The translations under genes and the position numbers were made by a program. Positions 26,801 to 39,430 of a stretch of DNA of 64,000 nt are shown piece by piece. Position 1 is the first letter of the stretch. Each line of letters begins with the position of its first letter. This stretch comes from Camelus ferus. Its lineage: Eukaryota. Under the pieces are notes generated by a model. That model had not been told where the DNA came from and did no database searches. It saw only the letters and a list, made by a program, of their open reading frames with translations. The stretch spans positions 40,922,001-40,986,000 of the forward strand of contig NC_045696.1 in NCBI RefSeq assembly GCF_009834535.1, read 5' to 3'.

Positions 26801-29800
26801 TGCTTATATATATTTAGAGTAGATGTTGATACTATCTCTTTATATTTCCATTTCTACAATTCTATCCTCCTGAAAGTATGCAAAAAAATACTTACAAAAA
26901 TATTTACTGCAACACTAAATGCAACAGGGAAAATAGGAAGCAATTCAAATGTTAATCAACAGGGAGATGTTTTCCACTATAAAACAACTAGTACATACAG
27001 ACTTTAAAAAGAGTGAAACAGATCTGTGTGTGCTATGAATAGCTACACAAGATTTAGTAGCAACTGAAAAATATTATAATGTAATAGGAATTCATCTTTG
27101 GTCTTTTACCCTTCTATATGCTACTGTTACAAATATGGATACAAAAGTTGAAGAAATAGACTCAAACTGTTGAGAAGAATGAGGTCACCAGAAACTTAAA
27201 CTTTGTTTTATTTAATTTTATAATATCTGACATATACAACGTTGGATTATATTTGTAACCAGCAAAACTAAAATTTGTTCTTAAAAAGTTAAGTAATTAA
27301 AGGATATAAAAACAAAACAAAAAAAAATCCTTTAATTTCAAAACAACTTCAAAGAGTTTATTAGATTTATTTGAGTGGCATTAACTGAAACATTATGCAA
27401 ATAAAGAGAAACAAAAAGAACAGAAAAAACCAACCTAGGATACATACCAACTGCTCAAAGGCAGCAGCTCTGTTTTGATAAAATGTGGAAAGGTCGACGT
27501 TCTTCTCTGTAGGACACAAACTGATAGCCTCGGTATAGCACTGAATAGCTTGTTCATATTTTCCTGCTTTAAAATATTTGTTGCCTTTGTTCTTGGCTGC
27601 TTGGGCTCTATCAAGAGAGTTCTGAAATGAGAGGAAACAATTATGAAACACCTATCAATACTTCAGTTATAGATTCAAATCACAGTGATTAAATGACAAG
27701 CTGAAGAAACAATGGGAGGGTAGAACGGCTAGAATGGCCGTTCACAATGCAGGTCACGCATATAAATATTTTCATGGGATAGAGTCTTAGTAATAGGATT
27801 GCTAAACCAAAAAGCTTATGTATTTTTGAGTTGAAAAACACTCAGACTTTTCCAAAAAAAGTACCACTTTTCCACTATTCCTGTCAACAAGAGATATGAT
27901 AGCTTGTCTATCCACTCCTAATGAATATAAAACAGTGGTTCCCAATCAGGGATGATTTTCCCTCTAGGGTACATTTCACAACGTCTGGTGACATTTTTGA
28001 TTATGACAACTATGGGTCAGGGGGAAGTGCAACTGGTATCTAGTAAGTAGATACCAGGAATGCTGCTAATATTCTACACTGCACAGGACAGCACCCCACA
28101 ACAATGACTTATCAGATCCAAAGGATCAATAGTGCCAAGGCTAAAAAACCCCAGTGCAATGTAATATTCTGATATCATTTTAATTCACATTTTCCTCACT
28201 ACAAATGAATTTGAAAATCTTTCCATGTTTATTGGCCAGTTGGCTTTTTCACTCTGAAAATCACTTATTCATGTGTGTTGCTCTTTTTCTATTAGACTGT
28301 TTGTCAACAGTGTAGAATAGATACTAGAAGCACTGTGCCATCTTCATTACAATTGTTACCCCAAATCTTCTGTTTGCTCATCAATAAATTTTTTGCACTC
28401 CCACCTTGTCTCAAAATCTGCTTCCAAGAGGACCCAACTCACTGAGTTGGTAGTTAATTTCCACTGAGGACAGTTGCAAAAGCTTTATTCAACATTTGGG
28501 AAGCATCTCTGTAGACAAATCCAGTTATCTAGGTTTCCGCTACGTCCAAGAGCTGTGTGGCACATCTTCACCCAAAACTTTGTCTGTCAACATCATTCAA
28601 TTTTAACAAATATGTGATTATGAAAGAACCCATATCTCTCCAACAGGTAAGCACTGACAAAACAAAAACAGAAGTAGCTGCCCCCAGAAATAACTTACAG
28701 AGACTGTGAAAGCTATATTGGTTGGGGCCCAGGCCATCTCAGTCACAAAGAGAAGACCGGGTAGCAACTTTTTGTATCTGCTCTTTTCTCCCTTACTTTT
28801 CCTTCATTTTTCTTTGCTGCTGTTTTCCTCCATTTACCTGTTCTTTCCCCTCTCCTTTAGTCTGAATGTAGCTACAGTTATTTTAAAAAGAATGATGTGT
28901 AGGAAACTCTAAGTTCAGAATACTAAATAGCTAGTTTAAGCTAACTAATGTCAATAAGAAATATGCACATTTAAAAACTAAGATGTGGGAGGATGAAAAG
29001 AACCAAATAAAACACAAATAAAGTAACAGATGAATATAAAATCTTCCATTTGTATAAAGCTTCAATCACCTTCCAAAAAGTTTTAATCACCTTCCAAAAA
29101 CTTTGACAGTAAAAGTCCCTGGCACAAAACATTCATAATACAAGATGACTAGGACTCTCATGTAGTGTATTCGAGGGCCACTATCAAGTTAACTGCTGGA
29201 AACTGCACTTGAAGCAACCTCATCAGTCCTCCCACTCCACTAAGAGAAAGAGAAGTCAGAGTGGAGTAGGGCTGTATCATACAGGAGTGAGGATCCCCTC
29301 CACCCAAGGGACGACTGACAAGCATACCTTGGCTATCTTCCAAGAGACCATGGTCTTGAGAACTGCTAACATAAAGGAAAATTAATATCATAAAAGAGAG
29401 GCACCTGACTCAAATAAAAAGCTAGTATTTCGGAAACCAGGATAAACCAAGCAAAACAAAATTTAACATCAGAGGAATGAGTGGTTATCACAGTCACTTT
29501 AAAAAAGGGTTTTTAAAGAGCACCAATTAGACATCTTGAAAATTCAAAAGAATTATTACAATGAACTCAGTGGATGGACTGTATATTGGAATGGGCATAA
29601 CTGAGGAGGAAATTAACAAGTAGAAGGTAGAACCAAGGAGGTCGGCCAGAATGCAGTAAGAACAGAGGACAGGGAGGGGAGAATTTTGGAGGAAAAGTTA
29701 GATGATATGGAGTATAAATCCCAAAGTTCCAACATCTATCTATCTGAAGTTTAGAAGGAAAGGCACAGAAAAGAGTGTTTAAAAAAATATTAGAAAAATT

Positions 29801-32800
29801 CCTGGAGTTGAAATAAATGACACATATTTTTAGACACATCATGGTGAAATTTCACAACAAAAATTCTAAAAGTTTTTAGTAGAAAAAACAGATTACCTAT
29901 AAAGGAAAAAGAACCAAACTGGGTCAGACTGTCACCAACACTAGGTATTAAAAACGAGTTAACAACTTCAAAGTTCTGAAGAAAGACTATCATGAAGTTA
30001 AAATCTTATACCTAACTAAATTAGCATTTAAGGTTGAATGCTAGAACAGAAATAGAAGTGTACAACTTCCTTACCACTACAAATAAACCCCAAAGTGGGG
30101 GAGATGATCAATATAACAAAAAGCAAGGAGGGGAAGGTAAAGGAAGAAACAAAATGGCAAAGTACATACGGCAGGAATCATTAAACAGATCAATAATAAC
30201 AATAAACGTGAACAGGTGAATTCTCCCTATTATAAAATTTTCAAACTATTTAAAATAAAAAACAACTACACGCTACCTATAGGGCATGACATAAAACAAA
30301 ATGAAAGGTCAAAAAAGAATGTAAAGAAGTTACAGAATACAAATACTTGCAAAAAAAAAAGAACGTAGTATCAAACAAAAGGCAGTATCAGACAAAATAC
30401 CATTCAAATGCCTCAGATGGAGCACAGAAAGGCAGTTTTATTGATAAAAGTTACATCACATGATGCCAAGAAAACATCATAACCACGAACTTTTAAGTGC
30501 CTAATAAAACTTCAAAATAATGAAACTCAATTGTTTTTTTCCCAAAATTAATTATTTTATTTATTATTTTTTAAATTAATCTTTTTTGGGGGAAGAGGTA
30601 ATTAGGTTTATTCATCTATTTATTTAATGGAGGTACTGGGGCTTGAACCCAGGACCTAGTGCATGCTAGGCATGCACTCTACCACTGAGCTATACCCTCC
30701 CCTACCAAAACTCAATTACTTTTGACTTTAAATATAAAAACAAGAAAAACATTATTTCAATTTCTTGTAAAAAGTTCACAATTTTTCCAAGTCATTGAGA
30801 ACGTGGTTAATATACATCTTAATACACTAGGGACTGTTGATATAGAAAATAGTGTGGTATATTAAATGCATGAAGTATGTTCAATTAAAAACATATTGAA
30901 AATTTACTTAGGATTTTTACTAAAGATTTGAAGATTAAACAAAAAGAACATTCATTGGGCAGAGTAATGACCTAGTTTCATTAGCACAAACAGGCAATGA
31001 ACTCTTGCCTGTCTACTGGGAGTTTAAAGCTATGTGCGTGATACCACACAGAATACAAGAAGTGACAGTCATAGTGAGGGTGGACAAGTTAAAAGAGAGA
31101 CAAATCTGGATAGGTACACAAGGCTTCTTCTCCTTAGAAAGATGTATACTTCTTATTTTTATTCAACAAAATCTAAATCAACCTAAAACCAACCAAGAGA
31201 ATCTTTCAATTCCCTCCATTCAGCCAAGTTTTACAACAGAGTTGTAATTCCCTTCAAAAATTATTACAAATTCATTATCTAAGGCCAAAATCAGAATCTG
31301 CTTAATTTTCTTCCCTTATTGCACTGGAAAAAAAAAAAAAAAAAAGATACTCTGAAGAATGCCATTGAGTTGCAAATTTTCTTCTACTGACATTCCAGAA
31401 GGCAACCACACTATGTTTGTGGAGAACATGATCTCGGTTAACCTCCCTATTACTTCTGCTCACTGCACACCACCTGCCAACATTACTTTCTGTCCACTTG
31501 CTTCCCTTCACTAATAAAAATGCAAAGAAAGAATGGCATTACAATAGGGACAGTATAGAAAAGCTAATTATTTTGGCCCACTTGATAAAATTTAGGACAA
31601 AAAGTTGCTTAGCACAATGCCGGCTTATCAATCAACACCAGACTTCTGCTATGTCAGGAATTAGGCATTATTTTCACAAACTTTGAGGTCAACGCCAAGC
31701 AGAAATTAAAATAAATGCACTGGAGGACAGAGTTTAAATCAGAAAATATACAACTACCAATTCTTTATAAGGGATTTTAATTCTATCTCTCAGGAATCCT
31801 TTGCTTTGCTTTTCAGTCACATAGCCTCCCCCACTCAATCCACCTTCTTAAGTTATAATAAGAACTTTCAGATTTAAAGGTTCAAGTTGGAAAATAAACC
31901 CAAAGACAATTCTGAAAGCCTATTTTATAAATGAGAAATGAAGATATATAGATCTAGAACACAAAGGGAACATCTTGAAATGCTAGTACCTTTTCATGTG
32001 GTCTATTTGCATATCTAAAACCTACCAAGGAGATTTAAAAGCCTATAAAGCCCTTCTGCTACTGGAAATCACTTTTAGTTTTGGTAGTCTTTTTAAGGTT
32101 CCGAACATTCCATAGTATTTTACACTAATATTCTGTGAAAATGCATCTTTCTCCTACTTTTCTTACAACAAATTAGTTTCTGATTGATCTGAAAACTCTT
32201 TTTAACAAGTAAGCTGGATCATGTCATTCCCTGCTTAATGCCTTCCACTAACTTCCCACTACCACTGCCTGGACACAAGACTCCAAATTCCCATTACGCC
32301 ATTCCTGCCACTCTAGCCACCTACATGTAACTTTGGTGGATTCAAAAAAAAATACTAATCTCTTCCTAAAAGAAAACAGTTTGGAAAGATTGGGTACTAT
32401 GTATTCAATTTCCACCAGCAACAGATAGGCATAAATTTAAACTCTGTGAATACCAGTAAGAATACAGATAAATTATAAAAAGAACAGACATTCACTTCTG
32501 CCTAATATATCACACAAAGTATTACTTAAAACAATCTACTAGAAAATTTAGCTTTTTTCCCCCCATCCAGGTTTTGAGTAAGTTTCATCTTTTCATAATC
32601 AATAACTGTCCAGCAGAGTCAACTCCATGACTCCATGTGATTCTGCTACATGAATTCAACAAATACTTGGAGTAAAATCTTATAGGGAGTCCTGACATTA
32701 ATACATGAAGAAAAATCAATTGTCAAATTTACTCCTGAAAATTCTTTAGAAGAGTAACACACTGGAAATGCAAGGTAGGTGCTACTTATTATTATCCCAA

Positions 32801-35800
32801 TTTTACATATAAAGCAACTCCAGAATGCCTAAACTCTACTTCTAGACTGCATGAATTGTCACCCACACTTTATAAAGAGTGAGTATCATTAGAATCACAT
32901 CCAGATTCACACTCTGGAACTGAAATACAGAAAATAGGTCAGGTATCATATCTTGCTCACTACTGACCTCAGAGCAAAAATGTCATTAAGTGAAAAGACA
33001 AAGAGAATCATCAGCACAACTGGACCTTTTTCTTTCTGCCAATCAAGTAACTGAACTCATTTTAGTTAAAAGCACATTAGATGTGACTCCCCTATACAAC
33101 AATCAATAGGAGGATAGTCTTTTATCTTGAAGGAACACCTGAGACAGTGAAGGAAAACAAATAAGCAAACTGGCAGTCTGTCAAAAGAACTACTGCTGAT
33201 TAAACTCTGGAACTCCAATTCACACTAAAACAAACAAACAAAAAACAACTGTACATTAGGTGAACAATAAATTGGGTAGCTAATAACCAGAAAATTCTTA
33301 GTTCAAAGAGTAGCAACTGTATATATACTTACATACAAAACTATCTGGGTAAGACACAAGAACTAAAAACAAGTAACTCAGGCAATAAACCTAAAAGGAA
33401 ACAATGAGAAACATAGTAAATATGTATGTCTTCTCTACAACCAACTGTTGTGTGAAACTTGTCAAACAAGAGGTAAAACCTAAGAACCTGTCCCCTACAC
33501 CTCCTACAGAGGTAAATCTACTCTGGAAACAAATTACATTTTAAAACCAAAGCAACAGGTAAGGTATAATCCTGGTAAATTTAATAGAATACAAATAAGA
33601 AAACAGTCAGGGTTTGACTCATCAGTCAAGATTACTTCAATGAAGTTTACTTACAAGAATCTACTCTGGAACGAAAATGACTAACAAAGGACAGTCAGGA
33701 AAATACTCCAAGGAGGAAAAGCAACCCCCAAAAGGTTACTTAGTACACACAACACACACACAAGAAATTCAGGAGACCAGGAACAAGTCTCTAAGCAAAT
33801 CTTGTGACAGTAACATGACTACATTATAGAAAGTCTTCAATGACAAAAATTTGGCAATAAAGAATCACTGTAAATTCTTAGCAAGTATTTATAAAATATT
33901 CTGATGATCTCATACATACAGTCACTGTGAAAGAAAATGAGCTAGAATCAGGCACACTAATCCATGTGTAAGGAAACAAAATAGGTACAGTAGTCTCCCC
34001 TTTACTTGCAGGGAATATGTTCAAAGACCCCCAGTGAATGCATGGAATAGTATCAAACGTGAATAGTATCAAACCCTACATGTACATTTTTTCCTATACA
34101 TACATGCCAAAGATAGAGTTTAATTTATAAATTAAGCACAATAAGAGATTAAAAGCGACAGTAATAATAAAATAGAACAATTATAACAATATTAAGTAAA
34201 TTAAGTAAAATAAGGGTTAGTAGTGCAACAGTCGATCTGAGAGCTACCAAGTGACTAATGGATGGGATACACTGGAGAAAGGGATGATTCACATCCAGGG
34301 CAGGAGGGAGGACTGTGTGAGACATCATCTTGCTACTCAAAACAGTGCATAACTTAAAATTTATTAACTTTTTCTGGAATTCTCCATTTCATTTTTTCAG
34401 GCCATGGTTGACTGTGGGTAACTGAAACTGCAGAAAGTGTAACAGTGGATAAGAGGGAACTACTGTATTACTAACATAATTACATATTTATATCCAGTTA
34501 AAATATACATGAAGTGGTTCCATAATGTTTCTCTTCATTTTATTCCCTTAAATTTACCAAATTCCGAAAGCATATTTTAAATTTTGAATCCCAGTTTTAC
34601 AGAAGTAGCAACCAACTCTGGAACATTTACCACATGAGAAACAATCTTTCAATACTCTACTTTCAATACTCTATTGTTACTTTCATATGAATCAAATCTA
34701 GGGTAAAAAAAAGATTCTTTCCCATATTATGTCCTGGAATTTAAAAAATCTAAAACCAACTCCACCTACTAAATCACGATACAGAGCACTCTTTACCTAA
34801 AGAGAACCTACTTGTAAAAATGCTGTTTCTGCAGGATTATGGTTGTAGTTCACACAAAAATCAAGTGATTTATAAAAAGAATGCCTAATTGAGGTGTAAG
34901 ACTGTCTTACCAATTTCTGGGATAAACTGGTAAATACACATGAAAAGCTGGAAATTTTGAAGAAAATATTCAAATTGTGGGAATCTTTAAACAATGTCAA
35001 AGAACGAAGCTTCATTGGTTCATTCATTCAACACCTGCTATGTGTCAGGTTCTGAGAAATGGACCTGTCAGTCCCAGTCTTCACAAATTCAAGTTTAGAA
35101 GGAAATGACAAGAATAAACAACTCTAGTACCATGCAATAACTGCTATGGAATAGAAAAGTTCAGAGTTATGTAATCAAATAGCAGTAAGCTTGGGTAAAG
35201 GCTTTCAGAAAAAGTGAAATGACCTATATGTTGTGACTTGAAGGATGAGAAGGCGGGGTACTGGGCAGTGTTTCAGAACATCCAAAGGCAAGAAACGAGA
35301 GGAAGTGGCAAGAGATGAAGCTGAAGAGGCGAGCAAGATCAAGATCACGGAGGGTCTTAAAACATGATGAGTTTGAACTTTATCATGTGAGCAATGAACA
35401 CCAGTTAATGATTTTAAGCATGGGACTCTGGATTTACTCTAGTAGTGACTAAATGGATTGGAGGAAGACAGTAACAAGAGTGTCAGTTATTCAGTCAGGA
35501 AATAAATAGCAGTGGGAATGGAATAGTAGTCAAATATTTAAGAAGCAGAACTTTTTGGATCTTTTTCTAGGTTGGAGATGGAGAACATGATAATAAAAAG
35601 TAAGGGATGATATCCAAGTTTCTGGCTTGGGAAACTACTTAGATGACTCACACTAACTGATAAGGAGTATTCTCAAGAAAAACAGAAGTCTGGTGTGAAA
35701 TACTTGTAAGGTAATGAGGTAAAGATTTCCTTTAAATTTGGGCCTTTGAGAGGTCTGGACTATAAACAAGAAATTAGGGGGCCATCGGTATATAAATGTT

Positions 35801-38800
35801 AAGTGAAGCTGGAGGGCAAGCAAGCAAGCATGCAGTGAAGCATCTTATGGAACATAAGAATGCCTATGACAGAAACATGAAGGTCGCCAAAAGGAACCTG
35901 GAAAGGAGACTGAGAACAATCAGCAAGGGAGGTATCAGGAAGTTTAAAAAAAAGCAAAGAAAATCAGGAGAAAGCAGTGTCTCAGAAGCCAAAGGAAAAA
36001 TCATGAAATTAAGAGAAGACAATGTGAAATATCGATAAGGATCAAGTAAGATAAAGACTGAAAGGTGCTCACTGGACATAATTATATAAGAATGTCACTA
36101 GTGACACTGAGTTTTAAAAATGACTAGAAACAGATCATTTGGGGAGAGAATTACTTCATTTCATATTGATAACAGGTTGCTCAGTCTTTGATCCTTTTAT
36201 TAAAATGTTTAGGTACATTTCTCCCTTCCTAGTCTAGAGCACTGTCTTAAGATTAGTGGTTCCCAACAATTTCATGTTAGGATAATGCCTGTGTAACATT
36301 AAAAACACTCGAACAACTGGTTTTTTAAATCATCAAATTAAAAACAATTGGATAAAACACTACTATAAAGTCAATAATAAATAAATTATATAAAAATTAT
36401 CACTGTTTGTTTAAAAAAAGAAATACCTAAGACATTTATGCAGCCAGATACCATGCTTGGTGTGTATGTGGTGATCCCTTGTGATAACTCTGGCCCAGAG
36501 ATTGAGAAGCCCGATTGACAAAGAAACTTATCAACTTTGAAAACCTGTAATCTTCAAGTTTAAAAAAAAAAAAAAAAAAAAAAGACGCAAAATGGCACAT
36601 CATGATAGATTTTATAATGACCACAAATGGAGTATGACTTAATATTTTAAATATCTCAATCTCAGATGCTATCAACTGTAACTAGACGTCTTTCTTTAGT
36701 GAAATCCTAAAATTCCCATTAATGAAACAAAAATATGAATTTTTGCTTTTACTTTACAAGTTTTTGCTATTCCAGAAAAAAGATAACTGGATATAGTCTG
36801 CCTGCATATGAAAATCTCACACCCAATGGATAGAAGCCCAGTAATTTTATTGGTTCATTTTATATTAAGGCAAACATAAGCCAACAGACAATAACCACCG
36901 ATTTTCCATTTTATTCACTGATAGTGGACCCTGAACTGATAATACTCATCCATTCCTTCATTCCCTTAAAAATTACATCTATTGTTCAGGTGGAGAAAGA
37001 ACAGTGAGGGCATTAGGATTCTCCCAGGTTTTCCATCAGTTCAAACAAATGCTTCCTTATTTATAAAACCCACTGAGGTTGACAATTTAAAGGTGCTATT
37101 CAAATATAAAGCAATTTCTCCAACCACAGATAATAATAAATTACAGTTTGTGGTCAGCTATATTTAGACAGCCTAATAATAACTCTATGGATTAGACTAT
37201 AAAAGAGACCAAAAAAATTGTCTTTCAGAATTCACTAGTTACCATGAGTTAAAATACAAATTTTCCATTAAAAAAATGGCAAAGACATTCTTACTGCTGC
37301 TTTACTAAAGTATCGTCTAGTAATTCAAAACAAGATTACAGGTACAACCCCACAAATTCCACAAGGAGAACAGTATGTCAAATGTTTTCCTCAGTTTTAT
37401 TCTGGATCAAAAGTAACCATTTTAAAGAAGTTCAGGTTATACAGAGAAGTCAATCGTAAAGTCTAATTTTTAACAGCAGTCAGGTGAATAAAAAAAGTGT
37501 TCTGATAAAACAAAACACCATGAAATTTAAAAATCATCAGTGTTGACCTAGACAACGCTAAAAAACTGATAATGGGATTTCAGGAAATCTAAAATCTGAA
37601 AGATAATTTGCTGACTTCTATCAAATGTCAAACAAATGAAGGTGGTAGTACCTAGTGTTATTTACAGAATTTATCTTTATTTTTGGTGATTATTATAGAA
37701 TGGAGAACTTTTATGTATTTCTCATTCACCCACTATTCTTCTGTGAAAATTAAATTAACAAATGAAATGGGAAATGACCAGAGAATTTCAGAAATATGAA
37801 AATGATAAGACAAATGACTAATTCTAAGAATCGCCTTGATTATCATTCTCATTAACAGCACTCATTAATTACCAACTTTTAGGGCTGGAAGAAATGTTAG
37901 AGATCTAATATTTTAACTCTCTTATTCTATAGAGAAGACAGTAATGTCAGAGAGATAAAATGACTTCCAACTATGCTGGAGGGCCCAATATAAAGCACAC
38001 ATCTCCTAGTTCTCACAGTCCATGGGTTCTTTCAGCATACTCATACTGAATCTTTATTTTTTCTTGTAAGCAGTATTTTCCTCTCCCATTAGAAAGATCA
38101 TCTGGCCCTCTCAGTGCCTAGCACAATGCCTGATATATACAGTATGCACTAAACTAAGACAGTTACCTCTCACATCAAAGTTCCTTTAAAGTCAGTTTGA
38201 CTACTTAAGTAAAAACATGTCTTCAATCTGAACAGTAAAATGTGAAAATAACTTGCAAATGTATGTAACTGGGAGTTATTTGACCAAAGGTTACCTTTGC
38301 TCTGTAACTGCCACTGTACAATGCCAGACTCAGATAAAATCCTCCTCCCCAACTCATCTCATCCCAGTATTGTTAAATGCAGCCAAGCAAACTGTCCCCA
38401 CAGCTGTCAGATACCAAAAGGATTTAATAGTCACTTCAACAAAGCCATACAAAGCAGTTCACCAGATACTCAAATGCTTGGCTTAACATCAGAGAATCTG
38501 TTTCATGCATGTCAGGCTTGGTCACGTAAATTTCCAGGTAAAAAAATTTTTTTAAATGAATTTAAGATGCTTCTACCCCAAAAGTTTAGGAACTCACTCC
38601 TACAGATGAAATAAATGCCACTGCACACCATTTTACTCTTCGTCAACCAATAGTCACTGTACCTATCCCCCACCCTAAAACACTTCAAAAAGGGGGAGTG
38701 GCTCGTTATTAAAGGGTTATCACTGATTAAGTTCTAGGCCTTGGAAATCACCCATGTAATTCATATCACAACGTACCTATCGTTAAGGGAATCTGGCTTT

Positions 38801-39430
38801 AATTAAACACAATCATCACATTTGCCGATGTCCCCCTTACCCACAACGCTAGGGATAAATGCTGTGTCACCGAGAAGAAAGTTATTTTTCTGAAACCAAA
38901 AGGAAACTGTCAACGAATGCCGCTAACCTATGCCCTCAGGCTCCTCCATTTCCCATAAAGGCAGCCAGAAATGAGTTTCCCTAAACTCATGTGTTGCCGC
39001 TAAGAAGCTTCCGTCTGACCGGAAGCCCCCTGACCGGCATAACCCGTCAAAGAAAGGCTGCACCCGCCTGGTTTCACCTCCAAGGCCCAGGCCTGCTTCT
39101 CACCATTTCCAGGTGAGCACCGGGGCCTTCGGGGTGTCCGCTGCCCGGGGCCGGACTGGCCCTGCCCTCCGGAGTCTTCCGTTCACTGTTGCGTTTCAGG
39201 CCGCCGGCGTCGCCCCGGCCTCCGGTCTCCCGGCGCCGCCGCTGCCGGCTCCATAGGTACATGGCACCCGCGCCCAGCAGCAGGGGCGCCCCGACTGCCA
39301 GCGCCAGCTGCCATCGCGGCAGGCCCCCCGTGCCCGAGCCCGCAGTCGCACTGCCGCCGCCCACCCCACTGCCGGAGCCGGGAACAGCCGCTGCGACCAC
39401 TGCCGCCTCCACAGGCTTAGAGGCGGCCAT
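8674..39430 (-). CDS. TOMM70: Mitochondrial import receptor subunit TOM70, complete 12-exon gene (609 aa)
   Basis: Exons of 327+174+127+110+149+208+135+108+117+98+123+154 = 1830 nt splice in frame with GT-AG borders. Protein runs MAASKPVEAA..., TM anchor WQLALAVGAPLLLGAGAMYLW, TPR repeats, ...KKYGLKPPTL*, matching recalled mammalian TOM70. Confidence 0.99.
10421..10543 (-). CDS. TOMM70: TOMM70 exon 11 (LLQLQWKQDLDRGLELISKAIEIDNKCDFAYETMGTIEVQR)
   Basis: Translated by hand; ttgcag acceptor, gtaact donor, 123 nt, ends in phase 2. Confidence 0.97.
11148..11245 (-). CDS. TOMM70: TOMM70 exon 10 (ALTDQQQFGKADEMYDKCIDLEPDNATTYVHKG)
   Basis: Translated by hand; aaatag acceptor, gtatgt donor, 98 nt. 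Confidence 0.97.
11393..11707 (+). mobile_element. L1 3' UTR fragment with A-tail (lineage-specific L1) in TOMM70 intron 9
   Basis: aatgaactcatctacaaaa...atggttaccaggggaaaggggg...ctgtatagcatcgggaactatattcaatatcttgtaataacct...cttcaattaaaa, typical of cetartiodactyl L1 3' ends. Confidence 0.85.
13613..13729 (-). CDS. TOMM70: TOMM70 exon 9 (YRQAYTGNNSSQIQAAMKGFEEVIKKFPRCAEGYALYAQ)
   Basis: acacag acceptor, gtaagt donor, 117 nt. Confidence 0.97.
14574..14681 (-). CDS. TOMM70: TOMM70 exon 8 (LKILLDQVEEAVADFDECIRLRPESALAQAQKCFAL)
   Basis: Translated by hand; ccttag acceptor, gtaggt donor, 108 nt. Confidence 0.97.
15725..15859 (-). CDS. TOMM70: TOMM70 exon 7 (LRANALIKRGSMYMQQQQPLL...VYHHRGQ)
   Basis: Translated by hand; atatag acceptor, gtaaat donor, 135 nt. 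Confidence 0.97.
15913..17085 (-). mobile_element. Old L1 (L1MB-like) 3' end and ORF2 C-terminal fragment in intron 6
   Basis: taacagctttgttgagat...; ORF 16787..17104 gives [26 protein letters not shown], an L1 ORF2p peptide. Confidence 0.9.
18154..18361 (-). CDS. TOMM70: TOMM70 exon 6 (SGYLKAKQYMEEENY...KEANVK)
   Basis: tttcag acceptor, gtacat donor, 208 nt. Confidence 0.97.
20603..20751 (-). CDS. TOMM70: TOMM70 exon 5 (NREPLMPSPQFIKSYF...EALEVKE)
   Basis: tcacag acceptor, gtaagt donor, 149 nt. Confidence 0.97.
22898..23100. mobile_element. MER58A-like hAT-Charlie MITE
   Basis: ttttttctgtaaa...tctctgtcacaaccactccactctgctgttgtagc...gttccaataaaac...gatttggcccat. Confidence 0.75.
23323..23432 (-). 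CDS. TOMM70: TOMM70 exon 4 (DVTAVCILEGFQNQQ...KEKYK)
   Basis: ttctag acceptor, gtaaat donor, 110 nt. Confidence 0.97.
25108..25234 (-). CDS. TOMM70: TOMM70 exon 3 (QKWKEVAQDCTKAVELNPKYVKALFRRAKAHEKLDNKKECLE)
   Basis: Translated by hand (not in ORF track); ttacag acceptor, gtgagg donor, 127 nt. Confidence 0.97.
25470..26635 (+). mobile_element. LINE-2 fragment ending in an L2 3' terminus
   Basis: Pyrimidine-rich L2 body (gccaaccctccacttgtg, cctgatctggcccctgctacctctcc) and end tagtgcct...tcaataaaatttggttgaa. Confidence 0.7.
27448..27621 (-). CDS. TOMM70: TOMM70 exon 2 (NSLDRAQAAKNKGNKYF...AAAFEQL; chaperone-clamp TPRs)
   Basis: tttcag acceptor, gtatgt donor, 174 nt, phase 0. Confidence 0.98.
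27933..28153 (+). mobile_element. MER20 hAT-Charlie element
   Basis: cagtggttcccaa...gtctggtgacatttttg...tggtatctagtaagtaga...gcacaggacagcacccc...tcaatagtgccaagg. Confidence 0.85.
29500..30520 (+). mobile_element. Ancient L1/HAL1-like ORF1 to ORF2-start fragment
   Basis: A-rich plus strand with decayed ORF1-like stretches and an endonuclease-start peptide SIITINVN (ORF 30034..30219). Confidence 0.6.
30533..30702 (-). mobile_element. tRNA-derived SINE (Vic-1-like) in TOMM70 intron 1
   Basis: ggaggtactggggcttgaacccagg...ctaccactgagctataccctcccc; TSD aaactcaatt at 30523-30532 and 30708-30717. Confidence 0.9.
33988..34465 (-). mobile_element. MER44 (Tigger7-derived) Tc1/mariner element
   Basis: TIRs cagtagtctcccctt / aagagggaactactg, each flanked by a TA target duplication. 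Confidence 0.88.
35020..36110 (-). mobile_element. LINE-2 fragment (antisense)
   Basis: Starts ttcattcattcaaca...gctatgtgtcagg; purine-rich body with ccaagtttctggcttggg and gtgtctcagaagccaaagg. Confidence 0.7.
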
